Assembly: GCA_963692915.1 (NCBI GenBank) | Contig: OY843584.1 | Location: forward strand, 576,001 to 640,000 | Source of the DNA: Cenarchaeum sp. | GTDB taxonomy: Archaea > Thermoproteota > Nitrososphaeria > Nitrososphaerales > Nitrosopumilaceae | Length of the DNA: 64,000 bases | Direction of reading: 5' to 3' | Part shown: positions 18,968 to 31,111 of the stretch, piece by piece | How the letters are laid out: every line of letters begins with the position of its first letter | Position numbering within the stretch: the stretch's first letter is position 1 | The notes under the pieces: generated by a model | What the model saw: the letters and a program-made list of their open reading frames with translations, nothing else | What the model was told of the DNA's origin: nothing | Databases searched by the model: none | Translations under genes and position numbers: made by a program

Positions 18968-20342
18968 ATGCCAGCAGGCATTGACGACATTGCCGTGTAC
19001 GTTCCAAGACTGTATGTTGACGCCGAAGACTTTGCCGAGCACAGGGGAATCAGCGCATCAAAGCTGCGCCAGGGACTCGGCGTGTCGCAGATGGCCATGG
19101 TCGACGCAAACCAGGATCCGGCGTGCCTTGCGGCCAATGCGTGCCTAAAGATAATGCAAAAGAACCGCCTAAAGCCAGGCGACATTGGCCGCCTCTATGC
19201 GTCAACAGAGTCGTCGATGGACGAGTCCAAGGCGATGAACACGTATGTCATTGGCATGCTCGAGCAGGTCTACGGCAGGGGCACATTTGAGCACTGCGGG
19301 GGGATCGAGACAAAGTTTGCGTGCGTGTCAGGATCATACTCGCTATATGACAATGCCAACTGGATACGTGCCGGTGAGGCAGGGGGCAACAAGGCGATCG
19401 TCGTCGTCTCTGACATTGCAAAGTACGACATGGGATCATCAGGCGAGCTCACGCAGGGCGCAGGAGCCGTGGCAATGCTCCTGAGCGACAACCCGCGCCT
19501 TCTCGAGTTTGACGCACGCGTGACGTCGACGTCGATACGCGACGAGTATGACTTTTACCGCCCGACAGGCAAGCCGACCCCCGTTGTCCATGGCCAGTAC
19601 TCCAACCTCCTCTACCTCATACAGGTCCGCAACACGCTTGAGGCATACAAGAAAAAGGCCTTTGAGACCGGCCTCATAAGCCTGGCAGACGGCGAGACGA
19701 TACTGGACCACATTGACTATCTGTGCGTTCACCTGCCGTACGCAAACATGGGCAAAAAGGCCCTTGCGTACCTGCTGCGCCACGAGTGGCGAGGCCTTCC
19801 ACGCTGGAAGAAGATCATAGAGTCAGTCGGCATGAAAGAGCCGGCTCCAAAGTCTGGCGGTACGATTGAGGCAATCCTGGATGACAGCAAATTCATGGAG
19901 CAGGATCACCAGTTCAACCGAATGTTTGTAAAGACTGACGAGTATATGGAGGCATATGACTCAAAGCTCGCAAGCTCTCTGCGCGCGGCCACAATGGTCG
20001 GCAACATTTACACGGCGTCGCTATACCTCAGCTTTAGGAGCGCGCTAGAGTTTGAGCACAACCGTGGCGCAGACCTTGAGGGCAAGAGGTTTGGCTTTGG
20101 CTCGTACGGCTCGGGAAGCTCGGCGATGGTGTTCTCGGGTGTCATACGCCCCGACTACAAGGAGGTCGTAGAGCCCATGAACATCGCAGCCGAGATGGGA
20201 GAGCGAAGGCGCCTGACGTTTGAGGAGTATGAACAGATACACGAGAACATGATACGGCCGCGCGACTCGATACTCGATGCGAGCAGGGAGTTTGTCCTAA
20301 TAGACGTAAAGACGACACCAGAGTCGCAGGGCGAGCGGCGGT

Positions 20343-20359
<17 letters not shown>
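18968..20359 (+). CDS. Hydroxymethylglutaryl-CoA synthase
   Basis: GIDDIAVYVP, TESSMDESK, KFACVSG, TQGAGAVA, VGNIYTAS, SYGSG. Confidence 0.93.
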
Positions 20360-21653
<1,294 letters not shown>

Positions 21654-21860
21654 TTACTTGCGTGAATTGTGGCACATACTGCGAATTTTGCACGCAGGCA
21701 GGCCTCGTCATGCAGGGCATGTGTGCCTAGTTCCCAAACGCAGACTCGCGTGAAAACAACGCCCAGTTGGGCATCTTGCGCACGCGCAATGATCTGGCTA
21801 CGGTCTGAAAATCTTTCGAGCCATATCATGAATGGAGGACGGGGCAGAACATGGCCAACC

Positions 21861-22973
21861 CTAGGAGCGCATGACTAGCACGGTGGAGGATGTGGCCGCC
21901 GCTGCCATGTTGTGGACCAGGCCCGTTCTGGCGGACTCGACTTGTCGTCTGCCGGCCCGTCCGCCAAGCTGCCTTGATATCTCGACGGCCTGTGCGATTC
22001 CTGTTGCCCCTAGCGCGTGGCCTGCGCCCAGTATTCCGCCGCGCGGGTTTAGCGCCCTGCTGCCCGTTGAGTGCATGTCGCAGATTGCCGCAGCGCCACG
22101 GCCCTGTGGCGCCATGCCGACGGCCTCGGCTGCCATCGCCTCGCACACGGCAAACGCGTCATGGACCTCGGCTACGTCAATGCCCGCAGCGTCCGTGCGT
22201 GCCATGCGAAGCGCGTCAGCTGACGCCTTTGCGGCAGACTCGAGGCCTGACATTGACGAGTTGGACAGCAGGCTGGCCCCCAGCGTGCTCTGGCCGACAC
22301 CGCATATCCATGCAGGCGTCTCACAGGCCCTGCGCGCCATGCCTTCGGAGGCCACAATCACGGCCGCAGCTCCCGTGCACGCCCTCGAGCACTCTAGGAG
22401 GCGCAGGCAGGGCGCGACGGGGCGCGAGGCCATGACGTCATCGACCGTCCAGGCGTCGTGCGCATAGGCATCGGGGTTTGCCTGCGCGTTCTGGTGCGCG
22501 CGTGCGGCGACTGTCGCAATCTCCTCGGGGCCCACGCCGTGCTCACCCATGTATGCGCGCGCAAAGCGTGACGCCCATGCCACCGGACGGCGGTCATCCC
22601 CGCGCGACTCGTCCCACTCAAACACGCGACCCGGCCCGTCATGCGCGTCGGCTCCGGCAACTAGAATCATGTCGGCAAGTCCGGCCCTGACGTGCGCGTA
22701 TGCCGAGACTATTGCGTTTGTCCCCGAGCTGCACAGGCTCTCAACGGTCTGTGCGGTGCCGGCCCGCGCGCCGAGCGCCTCGGCGAGGATTGGGCCAAGA
22801 TACCCCGCATTGTCGTTAGTCGAGACGATGACGCCCCCAATGTCGGCGCCCTCGATGCCATTCGTGGACCCTAGCGCGCCTTGCGATGCCTCGCGCAGCA
22901 GGCCCTCGATCGAGGCGCTGCCCTGGGCCTCAAAGCGCACAGTTGCGGCACCCACTATGGCCACACGGTCCAC
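21861..22973 (-). CDS. SCP2-type thiolase family protein
   Basis: ESLCSSG, AEVHDAF, NPRGG, GHALGATG. Confidence 0.9.
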   Translation of the reverse strand: MDRVAIVGAATVRFEAQGSASIEGLLREASQGALGSTNGIEGADIGGVIVSTNDNAGYLGPILAEALGARAGTAQTVESLCSSGTNAIVSAYAHVRAGLADMILVAGADAHDGPGRVFEWDESRGDDRRPVAWASRFARAYMGEHGVGPEEIATVAARAHQNAQANPDAYAHDAWTVDDVMASRPVAPCLRLLECSRACTGAAAVIVASEGMARRACETPAWICGVGQSTLGASLLSNSSMSGLESAAKASADALRMARTDAAGIDVAEVHDAFAVCEAMAAEAVGMAPQGRGAAAICDMHSTGSRALNPRGGILGAGHALGATGIAQAVEISRQLGGRAGRRQVESARTGLVHNMAAAATSSTVLVMRS

Positions 22974-23942
22974 TCACTCACCCCCAAAGGCTGACACTAG
23001 CAGGCCAAATGACTCGGCGACATCGCCGACAGGGTTGAACTGGAGTATCGGGTGCGTCACGCCGGCATCGACAAACCTTTTGAGCTGCTGCCTGCATGAC
23101 TCGGGGGCCCCAAACACGGCGAGCTCGCGCGCCATCGAGTCAGGCACCAGGTCCGCACAGCGCGGCACACCTGTCCTCACGTACTCGTCATGGATCGCCG
23201 CAGTCTCCGAGGCGTACCCGTTGCGCGCGAGAAACTCCCTGTATGCCCTGCCGACTGCGACATAGAACGATATCGTCGACTTTGCCCTCTTGATGGCCGC
23301 CTCCTCGTCATGCGAGACTGCCGTTATTATCTGGAGCGCGATGTCAAGGTCGGGGTTTGAGCTCCGCAGGCGCGCAGCGGCCGCAGGGATCTCGTGGATC
23401 GGCCGCAGGTAGAGTATCGCGCCGTCGGCGACCTCGGCGGCTAGTGAGACCATTGCGGGGCCGACTGCTGCAAGGTATATCGGAATCCGCTTGCGAACCG
23501 GCCGTATGAGCAGGCCAAAGCCCGAGAGGCTAAACAGACGCCCGTCATGCTCTATCTTTTCTCCCGAGCACGCAAGGCGCACAATCTCGACATACTCGCG
23601 CACGCGCGCAAGCGGCGAGTCCTGGCTCATGCCATGCAGTCCGCCGACGATCGGCGCGCTGCTAGCCCCGAGCCCGAGTATCGTCCTCCCGCCGCCAAGC
23701 GTGTCAGCAGTTAGTGCGCCCATGGCGACTAGGGCCGGCGAGCGCGAATAGACGTTGATGATCGACGAGCCAATCCTGGGCAGGCGGGCCACTTGTGACA
23801 CGGCGCCCATCATCGCAAAGCACTCCATGCCCCACGTCTCGGGTATCCAGATGGTGTCAGTCTCGGCCCTGTCAGCAACCCTTGCGCAAGAGACGACCTC
23901 GTCGACTGTGAGGAGGGAGCCCAGGCTGTACGACACGCGCAT
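22974..23942 (-). CDS. LLM-class (probably F420-dependent) oxidoreductase
   Basis: WIPETWG, NVYSRSP, GRTILGLG, PIYLAAVGP, ADG. Confidence 0.9.
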   Translation of the reverse strand: MRVSYSLGSLLTVDEVVSCARVADRAETDTIWIPETWGMECFAMMGAVSQVARLPRIGSSIINVYSRSPALVAMGALTADTLGGGRTILGLGASSAPIVGGLHGMSQDSPLARVREYVEIVRLACSGEKIEHDGRLFSLSGFGLLIRPVRKRIPIYLAAVGPAMVSLAAEVADGAILYLRPIHEIPAAAARLRSSNPDLDIALQIITAVSHDEEAAIKRAKSTISFYVAVGRAYREFLARNGYASETAAIHDEYVRTGVPRCADLVPDSMARELAVFGAPESCRQQLKRFVDAGVTHPILQFNPVGDVAESFGLLVSAFGGE

Positions 23943-23972
23943 CTTGCGTGCGTGGCCGCACGCGCGTATATT

Positions 23973-24668
23973 CTAGTGTTTCACCGCCCTTTTGCCATAT
24001 GGCGGCATTATCGAGCGCACGCGCACGGCGCACTCGGCGAGGTCACGGTGCGAGTCTATCGAGTGCCACTGCGCGCCGGCAAACCTCTCCATGCCAAGCT
24101 CTCCACGGGCGGCCATCCTCGCAAAGAGCGTCCTCTCGGCGTCGCCCTTGCGCGGCATCGCGCGCAGTGTCTGGCACGACAGGTGGTACACGCCTGCGTT
24201 CATCCACATGTCGCCGACCTCGCCCTTTTCGCGAAATGCCGTGAGCGCATCACCACTTGACTCTAGCACGCCATACTGCGTGCGCAGGCGCACGGCTGCG
24301 ATCGAGTCTGTCCTGCGCGCAAGCCTCTTGATGTCGATATCCGTGATCACGTCCCCATTGATCACAATGGCAGACTTGCCCCTGACTAGCGGCTCGGCCC
24401 GCCTCATGGCCCCGCCTGTCCCAAGCGGCGAGGTCTCAGCCGAGACGACGACAGACTTGCCCATGCCGCGCGCCTCGACATAGTTCTCTATCTGCCCTGC
24501 CCTGTATCCCGTGCACACGACAATTCTGCGCACCCCATGGTGGCGCAGGTATCCCACCTGCCACTCGAGTATGGGGATGTTGTCCAGCGGAACTAGTGGC
24601 TTTGGCAGATAGTCCGTTATTGGCCTGAGCCTCTCGCCCCTGCCCCCCGCAAGTATCATCGCGTCCAT
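23973..24668 (-). CDS. Sugar-phosphate nucleotidyltransferase
   Basis: LAGGRGERLRPIT...PKPL, PLGTGG, NGD. Confidence 0.9.
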   Translation of the reverse strand: MDAMILAGGRGERLRPITDYLPKPLVPLDNIPILEWQVGYLRHHGVRRIVVCTGYRAGQIENYVEARGMGKSVVVSAETSPLGTGGAMRRAEPLVRGKSAIVINGDVITDIDIKRLARRTDSIAAVRLRTQYGVLESSGDALTAFREKGEVGDMWMNAGVYHLSCQTLRAMPRKGDAERTLFARMAARGELGMERFAGAQWHSIDSHRDLAECAVRVRSIMPPYGKRAVKH

Positions 24669-24751
24669 GCGTGCGCTCGCCCGTGTAGCCCATAATTCAA
24701 GTGTAGCGCATGTCCTGCGCGCATAGGCATAGCGCCACACGCCTCACCGGC

Positions 24752-25285
24752 CTATGTGCCGCCTGCGCCGAGTATGGCGGTTCCAAGATAGTATCCGGCC
24801 ATTATGAGCGCAGTGCACCAGACCACCGAGCCGACAAGCGTGTACAGCACAAATACGCCGACGCGCATGCCAAGGAGGCCTGCAGGTATCGAGACTAGCT
24901 CACGAAAGACCGGAACCATCCGGCCGACGAGAACCGCCTTGTGGCCGTGCCGACCAAACCACGCCTCTGCGCGCTCGACGCGCGCAGGGCCCACTCTGGC
25001 TCGGCGCAGGTGGCGCAGAACTGCGGCCCTGCCGAGGCGGCGCGAGGCGACATAGAGGACGAGTGCGCTCACCGTCGCGCCGGCGCCACCGGGTATTCCA
25101 AGGAGTGCGGCCTGGACGGGGCCGACTCCGGCCTGTGCTGCGACATATCCGGCCGTGGGCAGGACGAGCAGGGTGGGCACTGGCGGCACGATCGTCTCGA
25201 CTAGCGAGGCCAAAAAGACGCCGATGACGAGATTTTCAGATATTAGGTTCACTAGCCACTCGGCGATGGTCGCTAGCGCATCCAT
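24752..25285 (-). CDS. DedA family membrane protein
   Basis: ETIVPPVP, AEAWFGRHG, GRMVP, SIPAG. Confidence 0.9.
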   Translation of the reverse strand: MDALATIAEWLVNLISENLVIGVFLASLVETIVPPVPTLLVLPTAGYVAAQAGVGPVQAALLGIPGGAGATVSALVLYVASRRLGRAAVLRHLRRARVGPARVERAEAWFGRHGHKAVLVGRMVPVFRELVSIPAGLLGMRVGVFVLYTLVGSVVWCTALIMAGYYLGTAILGAGGT

Positions 25286-25295
25286 CTGCGCCGAA

Positions 25296-25688
25296 TCACC
25301 GGCGTGGGCGCATCGCTCGGTGTGCGCCTAGCGCGGCGACTAGAACGCCGATTCCGACTAGCGGTCCGGCCTCCATTGCGGCATTGCGGCCGCCCTCCAT
25401 GGCCGTCGATGGGTCGGCCAGGGCAAGAACTGCTGCGCCACCAACTGCGATAAGCGCACCGGACACGATGATCATTGCGCCAAGACCCACGGACGCCTCG
25501 CGCCGCGAGATGACATATGCTATGAACGGCAGGACGATCGACGGGCCGCCAATGCCAATGCCTCGCGTCTTGCTGTCAAGTGGCAAAAACCCCGACTCTG
25601 CGCCCTGGGAGACCGCAACGTCGGCCCCATATATCGAGAGTAGTGCGATCGAGATGCCGACTAGGACATATGCTATAGCCGAGGCCAT
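25296..25688 (-). CDS. Hypothetical membrane protein (4 TM)
   Basis: Hydrophobic ORF, TTTATAA box upstream. Confidence 0.7.
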   Translation of the reverse strand: MASAIAYVLVGISIALLSIYGADVAVSQGAESGFLPLDSKTRGIGIGGPSIVLPFIAYVISRREASVGLGAMIIVSGALIAVGGAAVLALADPSTAMEGGRNAAMEAGPLVGIGVLVAALGAHRAMRPRR

Positions 25689-25721
25689 CGTTGGGGCATG
25701 GCCCTGAACGTGGTTATAAAC

Positions 25722-26870
25722 CTAAACGCGTGCGCGAACCTCGAGTGCGCCGCGTGCTGCGTCGAGTGAATCGAGGAGATCATTGACGTCCTGGCCGTGT
25801 TCGCCGACAATGTTGGCATGGCCAAGCTTGCGACGTGGCCTTGTGGTGGCCTTGTGGTACATCTTTACATGCACACGCGCATCACCTGACTTGGGCTCGG
25901 CATATTCGCCCTCTAGGCCGTCAGGCCCGAGGATGTTGTGCATTATTGTGGGCCTCAGTATCTCCACCGGGCCTGGATCCATTCCAAGGATCGCCCTCAG
26001 GTGCTGCTCAAACTGTGACACCCTGCATGAGTGGAGCGTGTGGTGGCCAGAGTTGTGCACCCGCGGCGCTATCTCGTTGACGAGTATCTCGCCCCTGCGC
26101 GTCACAAACATCTCTATTCCAAACACGCCTGCCCCCTCTAGCGCGTCAAGCGTCATGCGTGCCACCTCGGCGGCGCGCATCACGACATTGCGGCTTGCGC
26201 GCGCAGGCGCTATTGTAGTGCGCAGTATTCCCCGATCATGAATGTTCTCAACTGGCGGGTATGCGGCGACATCACCGCGCGTGTTGCGCGCAATGATCAC
26301 AGAGACTTCCATCTCAAAGTCCACCCTCCTCTCCAGCATCGTTGGCCGTCCTCCAAAGTGCTCAAGTGCTGACGCATAGTTCTTTACGCCACGCATGTCA
26401 AGGTTTCCCTTGCCATCATACCCGCCGCGCCTGGCCTTGAGAACCACCCTCCTGCCAAACTTTGCCGTGACGCGCTCGAGGTCATCTAGCCCGTCGACTC
26501 GCGCAAAGTCGGGAACCGGTATGCCGCGCGAGGAGAGGAACTCTTTTTGCGTGAGCTTGTCATTGATCGTGCGAAGTGTCGCAGGCGAGGGCTCCACGCG
26601 CGCCGTTCCCGAGGCCGCAGCACGCTCTAGCGCGTCGGCGTTGCCGCCCTCAAACTCGTACGTGATCACGTCGCACTTTTCTGCAAGCCTTGCCGTCGCG
26701 TCAGCATCATCGTACGGTGCGACGATCTGCTCGGCTCCGGCGAGTGTCGCCGGACACCCCGGTGTCGGATCCAGGACGGTGACGCCGGATATGTCGTCCT
26801 TCATGGACGCGGCGGCCTCGGCGAGCATCATGCCGAGCTGGCCGCCGCCGATGATTCCGACTGACTTCAT
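25722..26870 (-). CDS. purK: N5-carboxyaminoimidazole ribonucleotide synthase
   Basis: GIIGGGQLG, GYDGKG, NEIAPRVHNSGH, SQFEQHLRA, RKLGH. Confidence 0.95.
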   Translation of the reverse strand: MKSVGIIGGGQLGMMLAEAAASMKDDISGVTVLDPTPGCPATLAGAEQIVAPYDDADATARLAEKCDVITYEFEGGNADALERAAASGTARVEPSPATLRTINDKLTQKEFLSSRGIPVPDFARVDGLDDLERVTAKFGRRVVLKARRGGYDGKGNLDMRGVKNYASALEHFGGRPTMLERRVDFEMEVSVIIARNTRGDVAAYPPVENIHDRGILRTTIAPARASRNVVMRAAEVARMTLDALEGAGVFGIEMFVTRRGEILVNEIAPRVHNSGHHTLHSCRVSQFEQHLRAILGMDPGPVEILRPTIMHNILGPDGLEGEYAEPKSGDARVHVKMYHKATTRPRRKLGHANIVGEHGQDVNDLLDSLDAARGALEVRARV

Positions 26871-26952
26871 GCGCTCCCAGTGCGCCATTGAGGGATTAAA
26901 AACCATGAGCGCACATAGGGTAATTAACCCCCGTGCACCGTGCCATGCGCAC

Positions 26953-27531
26953 TTGGCGCGCACCGCAAGGCCCCTAGTGGGCATAATCATGGGCTCATCC
27001 TCGGACAGCGAGACTATGAGCGCGGCAGCCGAGGTTCTAGACAGGTTTGGCGTCGCACACGAGGACCAGATAGTCTCGGCGCACAGAACGCCGGCACGCC
27101 TCGCCGAGTACGCGCGCCATGCCGAGGAGATCGGCCTTGGCGCAATCATAGCCGGCGCAGGCGGAGCAGCACACCTCCCTGGCATGATCGCATCGAACAC
27201 GCTCATTCCGGTCATAGGCGTGCCCATAGCGGCCGGCGCGACACGTCGCGTGCGCACAACTCCGGCGCGCCTCGCCGCGCTAGGTGGCCTTGACGCACTC
27301 CTCTCAATCTCCGAGATGCCCACCGGCTCCCCCGTCGCATGCGTCGGCATAAACAAGGCCGCCAACGCCGGCCTTTATGCGCTAAAGATACTCGCCATAG
27401 AGTCACCTGCGCTGCGCAAGAGGCTAGCATCACACAGGCTAGAGCAGCACAAATCAGTCGTTAAAGAGTCCGAGAGGATGCGCAAGGCCGGAATTCGCGC
27501 GTTCTCGGCGCGCCTCAAGAAAGCACGCTAA
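26953..27531 (+). CDS. purE: N5-CAIR mutase
   Basis: IIMGSSSD, SAHRTP, GAGGAAHLPG, PVIGVP. Confidence 0.95.
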   Translation: MARTARPLVGIIMGSSSDSETMSAAAEVLDRFGVAHEDQIVSAHRTPARLAEYARHAEEIGLGAIIAGAGGAAHLPGMIASNTLIPVIGVPIAAGATRRVRTTPARLAALGGLDALLSISEMPTGSPVACVGINKAANAGLYALKILAIESPALRKRLASHRLEQHKSVVKESERMRKAGIRAFSARLKKAR

Positions 27532-28723
27532 ACTGCAGGTCAAGGGCGCGCAGGCTCGCTAGGAGCTCTTTGGTGTTCTGCGGCCCCTGCGTCTCTAGGC
27601 TCATCGTGACGCCGGCCGAGCCGGCGTTTATGCTGGAGCTCAGCCTGTCGTGGACAACCTCGACAATGTTGACGTTTGCGCTAGTTATGGCGTTAACTAT
27701 GTCTCTGAACATACCCGGCCGGTCATGGAGTATGACAGATATCTTTAGTAGACGGCCCGTTGCGGCAAGTCCCTTGTCGACAATCTGGCCGAGGAGATAC
27801 ATGTCAATGTTGCCGCCTGCAAGGATCGCGACTGTCTTTTTTCCTAGCGAGGGTTTTTGTGCCAAGAGGTACGCAAGGCCGGCGACGCCGGCCGGTTCGA
27901 CAACGGTCTTTGCGCGCTCCATCAGGTAGAACATTGCGCGTATGAGCGAAGTGTCGTCCACGGGGACGACGTCATCGGCAAGCCGCCTAACGATGTCAAG
28001 GGTCATGCTCCCTGGCCTTTTTACCGATATGCCGTCAGCTATTGTCCTCCCGCCCTCTACTGTGGTCTGCGTGCCCCGCCTCAACGACTCTATCATCGAC
28101 GGAAACGCCGATGACTGGACGCCGATTACGCGAACCGACGGGTGCGTCTCCTTTACGGCAACGAGCACGCCGGCGGCGAGGCCCCCTCCACCGAGTGGCA
28201 GGTATATCTCATCGACGTCAGGCAGATCCTCGAGTATCTCAAGGCCAATGACGCCCTGCGCGGCGATCACCTTTTCGTCATCAAACGCGTGGATGATCGT
28301 GGCCCCGCTCGAGGATGCCAGCGTGCGCGCATGCTCCCACGCCTCGTCATAGCTTGCGCCATGAAGGACGACATCAGCGCCATATCCGGCCGTCGCTGCC
28401 ACCTTTGCCGGTGATGCCGATGTGGGCATTACGATCGTGCATCGTATGCCCTCCGAGCTTGCCGCGTACGCCACTCCCTGCGCGTGGTTTCCGGCCGAGG
28501 CGGCGACCACGCCGGCACGCCTCTCGTCTGCACTCATGGACATTATGCGGTGGGACGCCCCGCGTATCTTGAAAGAGCCCGTCTTTTGGCGATACTCTTC
28601 CTTGAGGTAGACGTCCGAGCCCGTCTCCTGGCTAAAGAACGGCGAGCGCGTAAGGGGCGTGTGGCGTATGCCCTTTCCTCGCTCCCTGTTGGCCTCTAGC
28701 ACATCCGCGTATGTGACTCCCAT
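27515..28723 (-). CDS. ilvA: Threonine ammonia-lyase with ACT domain
   Basis: TGSFKIRGA, ASAGNHAQG, GGGGL, GGNID, C-terminal DRPG ACT domain. Confidence 0.9.
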   Translation of the reverse strand: MGVTYADVLEANRERGKGIRHTPLTRSPFFSQETGSDVYLKEEYRQKTGSFKIRGASHRIMSMSADERRAGVVAASAGNHAQGVAYAASSEGIRCTIVMPTSASPAKVAATAGYGADVVLHGASYDEAWEHARTLASSSGATIIHAFDDEKVIAAQGVIGLEILEDLPDVDEIYLPLGGGGLAAGVLVAVKETHPSVRVIGVQSSAFPSMIESLRRGTQTTVEGGRTIADGISVKRPGSMTLDIVRRLADDVVPVDDTSLIRAMFYLMERAKTVVEPAGVAGLAYLLAQKPSLGKKTVAILAGGNIDMYLLGQIVDKGLAATGRLLKISVILHDRPGMFRDIVNAITSANVNIVEVVHDRLSSSINAGSAGVTMSLETQGPQNTKELLASLRALDLQFSVLS

Positions 28724-28845
28724 GATGGCCGCATGGCGCAGGTTATCGTATATTTGAATTTCCATCGTTGCAGGCGCACGTCAGGCACGCGAAGAACAGA
28801 AATGTCCGCAGTCATCCGGTATTGCGTGCGGTGCCAAACCGCGCG

Positions 28846-29673
28846 TCACTGTGCACTTTCTAGTGCGCCACGAAGCTGTTGCACCCTGCGCACTATTGCC
28901 CCGCGCTCTTTGTCAGGAATCGTTTCAGGATCAAGCCCACCGCCAACGTGCTCGAGATCCAGTGAAAAGACATATCCCTCCTCCCCGCCGACAAGGCGCG
29001 CCTCGTCGATAACCACCTGTGATGTCCTGTACGTCTCAAGAAGGTAAGTGTCAAGCTCGGCAAAAAGCTCGGCCTTTGTCTCCTCAAGCGATTTTGCTGA
29101 CGGTCCGGCACTTGCGTCAATCTCGTTGACAATGCTTTCGCGGAGACCCTCGTCATTGTAGAGTGCCTCAAATATCTCCTGTTCGCTCTTTGGTGCGGTG
29201 CTGGTTCGTTCTAGCCGCTTGCGCACGATCACATCAGCTGCATTTGCGCGATCCTCGCCGGCGCCGGCCCGTTCGATGGCCTCACCAAGCCTTTTCTGGC
29301 AGTCCATGACGCGCTGGTCAGGAACATAGTAGAGGAGCACGTGGTACTGGAGGGAGAGATGGCCCGAGAGCGCATAGTTGCCCTCGCTGACAGTAAACTT
29401 GGTAAAGAGTCGCCGCTTGTCGTCGTTGCTCGTTGTGCTCACGGCGCGTGAGTCCCACTCGTCAAGGGCAAGGACGACTTGTTCCAGTGCCGCATGCGCG
29501 CGCTGTGGATCAAATGTCTCCTCGTCGCTCACTGTGCCGTCGCCAAGCATAACGTGCGCGCGTGTCGTTCCGGTACACCGGTTCATCAGGCGTCCGTATG
29601 CGCCGCGCGCCGCGTCGGCCTCGGCGGCCAGCTTGGCCATAAACTCGTCCTCGACGCCGGTTCCGAGCCTCAT
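28846..29673 (-). CDS. Conserved hypothetical protein
   Basis: 275-aa ORF, host-like codon use, TTTAT box upstream. Confidence 0.7.
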   Translation of the reverse strand: MRLGTGVEDEFMAKLAAEADAARGAYGRLMNRCTGTTRAHVMLGDGTVSDEETFDPQRAHAALEQVVLALDEWDSRAVSTTSNDDKRRLFTKFTVSEGNYALSGHLSLQYHVLLYYVPDQRVMDCQKRLGEAIERAGAGEDRANAADVIVRKRLERTSTAPKSEQEIFEALYNDEGLRESIVNEIDASAGPSAKSLEETKAELFAELDTYLLETYRTSQVVIDEARLVGGEEGYVFSLDLEHVGGGLDPETIPDKERGAIVRRVQQLRGALESAQ

Positions 29674-29767
29674 GCGCCACGGTTTAGCACACCTTGCCAT
29701 AAATCCTTGCGTGCCATGCCGCAACGGCCCCAATCCACATAAAAGCAGGACCCGTGCTAGCCCTGAC

Positions 29768-30556
29768 GTGTCAGGTGCAGGAAACTCGAATCGCAGTGTG
29801 GACGACGAGAACGTCCTGCGCAGGATGCTTGGACGCGGCGAGGCCAAGACAGTCGACGCCGAGACGCTCATCATGGAGGTCCAAAAGCACGTCACTGCCG
29901 CCCTGGAGAGCGGCTACGAGTACAACACGACGCTAGAAAAGTCAGATGCCTTTCTGCGTGAGAGGATCCTCTCGAGAATGGACATCGTGGTGATGTATGT
30001 AGACCTTGTGGGCTCTACAGAGATTGCCCTCAAGCTTCCAGTTGACAGGGTTGCCACGATAATCAGCGCATTTGCGCAAGAGATGGCCCGCGTAGTCACG
30101 AGACACGAGGGTCTCGTCCTAAAGTTTGTCGGTGATGCCGTACTCTCGTACTTTGTCGCCGACGAGAATTCGCTCAGGGCAGCTGACAGTGCCGTGAGAT
30201 GCGCAATGGCCATGATCGACGTCATAAACAGGGGGATAAACCCCATACTCGGAAAGACAGGTCATCCCGAACTAAAGATAAAGATCGGCCTGGACTTTGG
30301 CACTGGCATAATCGTCAGGTATGGGGCAGATGAGCAAAAATCATACGTGGACATTCTTGGACCGCCGATGAACATTGCCGCAAAGATCCAGTCGCACGCA
30401 AGACCCAACCAGATACTCATTGGCCACGACGTGTACTCGCGTCTTCATCCCGCGGCCCAGGAGGAGTTTGCCGCAGTCGTGTGGGCTGGGGGAGAGTGGA
30501 AGTACAAGTCACGCGAGACTGGCGAGCTCTACAAGGTGTATGAGCACAAGACCTAG
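29768..30556 (+). CDS. Class III adenylate/guanylate cyclase domain protein
   Basis: YVDLVGST, KFVGDAV, KIGLDFG, DILGPPMNIAAK; start uncertain. Confidence 0.88.
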   Translation: MSGAGNSNRSVDDENVLRRMLGRGEAKTVDAETLIMEVQKHVTAALESGYEYNTTLEKSDAFLRERILSRMDIVVMYVDLVGSTEIALKLPVDRVATIISAFAQEMARVVTRHEGLVLKFVGDAVLSYFVADENSLRAADSAVRCAMAMIDVINRGINPILGKTGHPELKIKIGLDFGTGIIVRYGADEQKSYVDILGPPMNIAAKIQSHARPNQILIGHDVYSRLHPAAQEEFAAVVWAGGEWKYKSRETGELYKVYEHKT

Positions 30557-30702
30557 GCGGTCCATCGCCCGGGGCACTCGACATGCTCATAGTGGTGCTC
30601 GGTGAGGCGCTCGTTAATGACATACATGACAATCTTGTGGAGATCCATCTCGCCAATCTCGCCGCTGCACCTGTCGCACCTCTTTGCGCCGTGTTCTGCC
30701 AT
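30553..30702 (-). CDS. Small zinc-binding protein (49 aa)
   Basis: MAEHGAKRCDRCSGEIG...HYEHVECP: CxxC and HxxC; CTTATA box upstream. Confidence 0.65.
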   Translation of the reverse strand: MAEHGAKRCDRCSGEIGEMDLHKIVMYVINERLTEHHYEHVECPGRWTA

Positions 30703-31111
30703 TGTGGAGCGCCCCGTGAAACCGCCTTTAGTATAAGGATCGGAGATTAGCAGATATTGAGCAACAGTGACCCGGCGTCAATTTCACGCACAAATCCGCG
30801 TCACCGTAGACCCACGTGCGGCGGTTACACATGGGCCGGCAGCCGACCCACACGGTGTGCATGCCCAGGCGCATTTAGCACTCAAGTGGCATACAGGCCA
30901 CAGCAGTCAGCGCCACGTCGACGAACAGCGTGGCAAATGTCCGGACTGGCAGTGGGCGGATTGGTGTTCTGGCCTGCTTGCGTCCTGACACCGCGTTCTC
31001 ACTCCCGATGGCTCTGTGCACCTCACCAGGCATCCCAGTTTGTCATTCGTGCATGGCACAAGGCCGCACGCGACAAGACAGTAATATACTGGCATCCCGG
31101 AGCCTCCTGCC

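Noticed and set aside
25722-27531. Long overlapping purK/purE ORFs and other long antisense ORFs in the track
   Set aside because: Shadow frames typical of high-GC coding DNA; real starts are at 26870 and 26953
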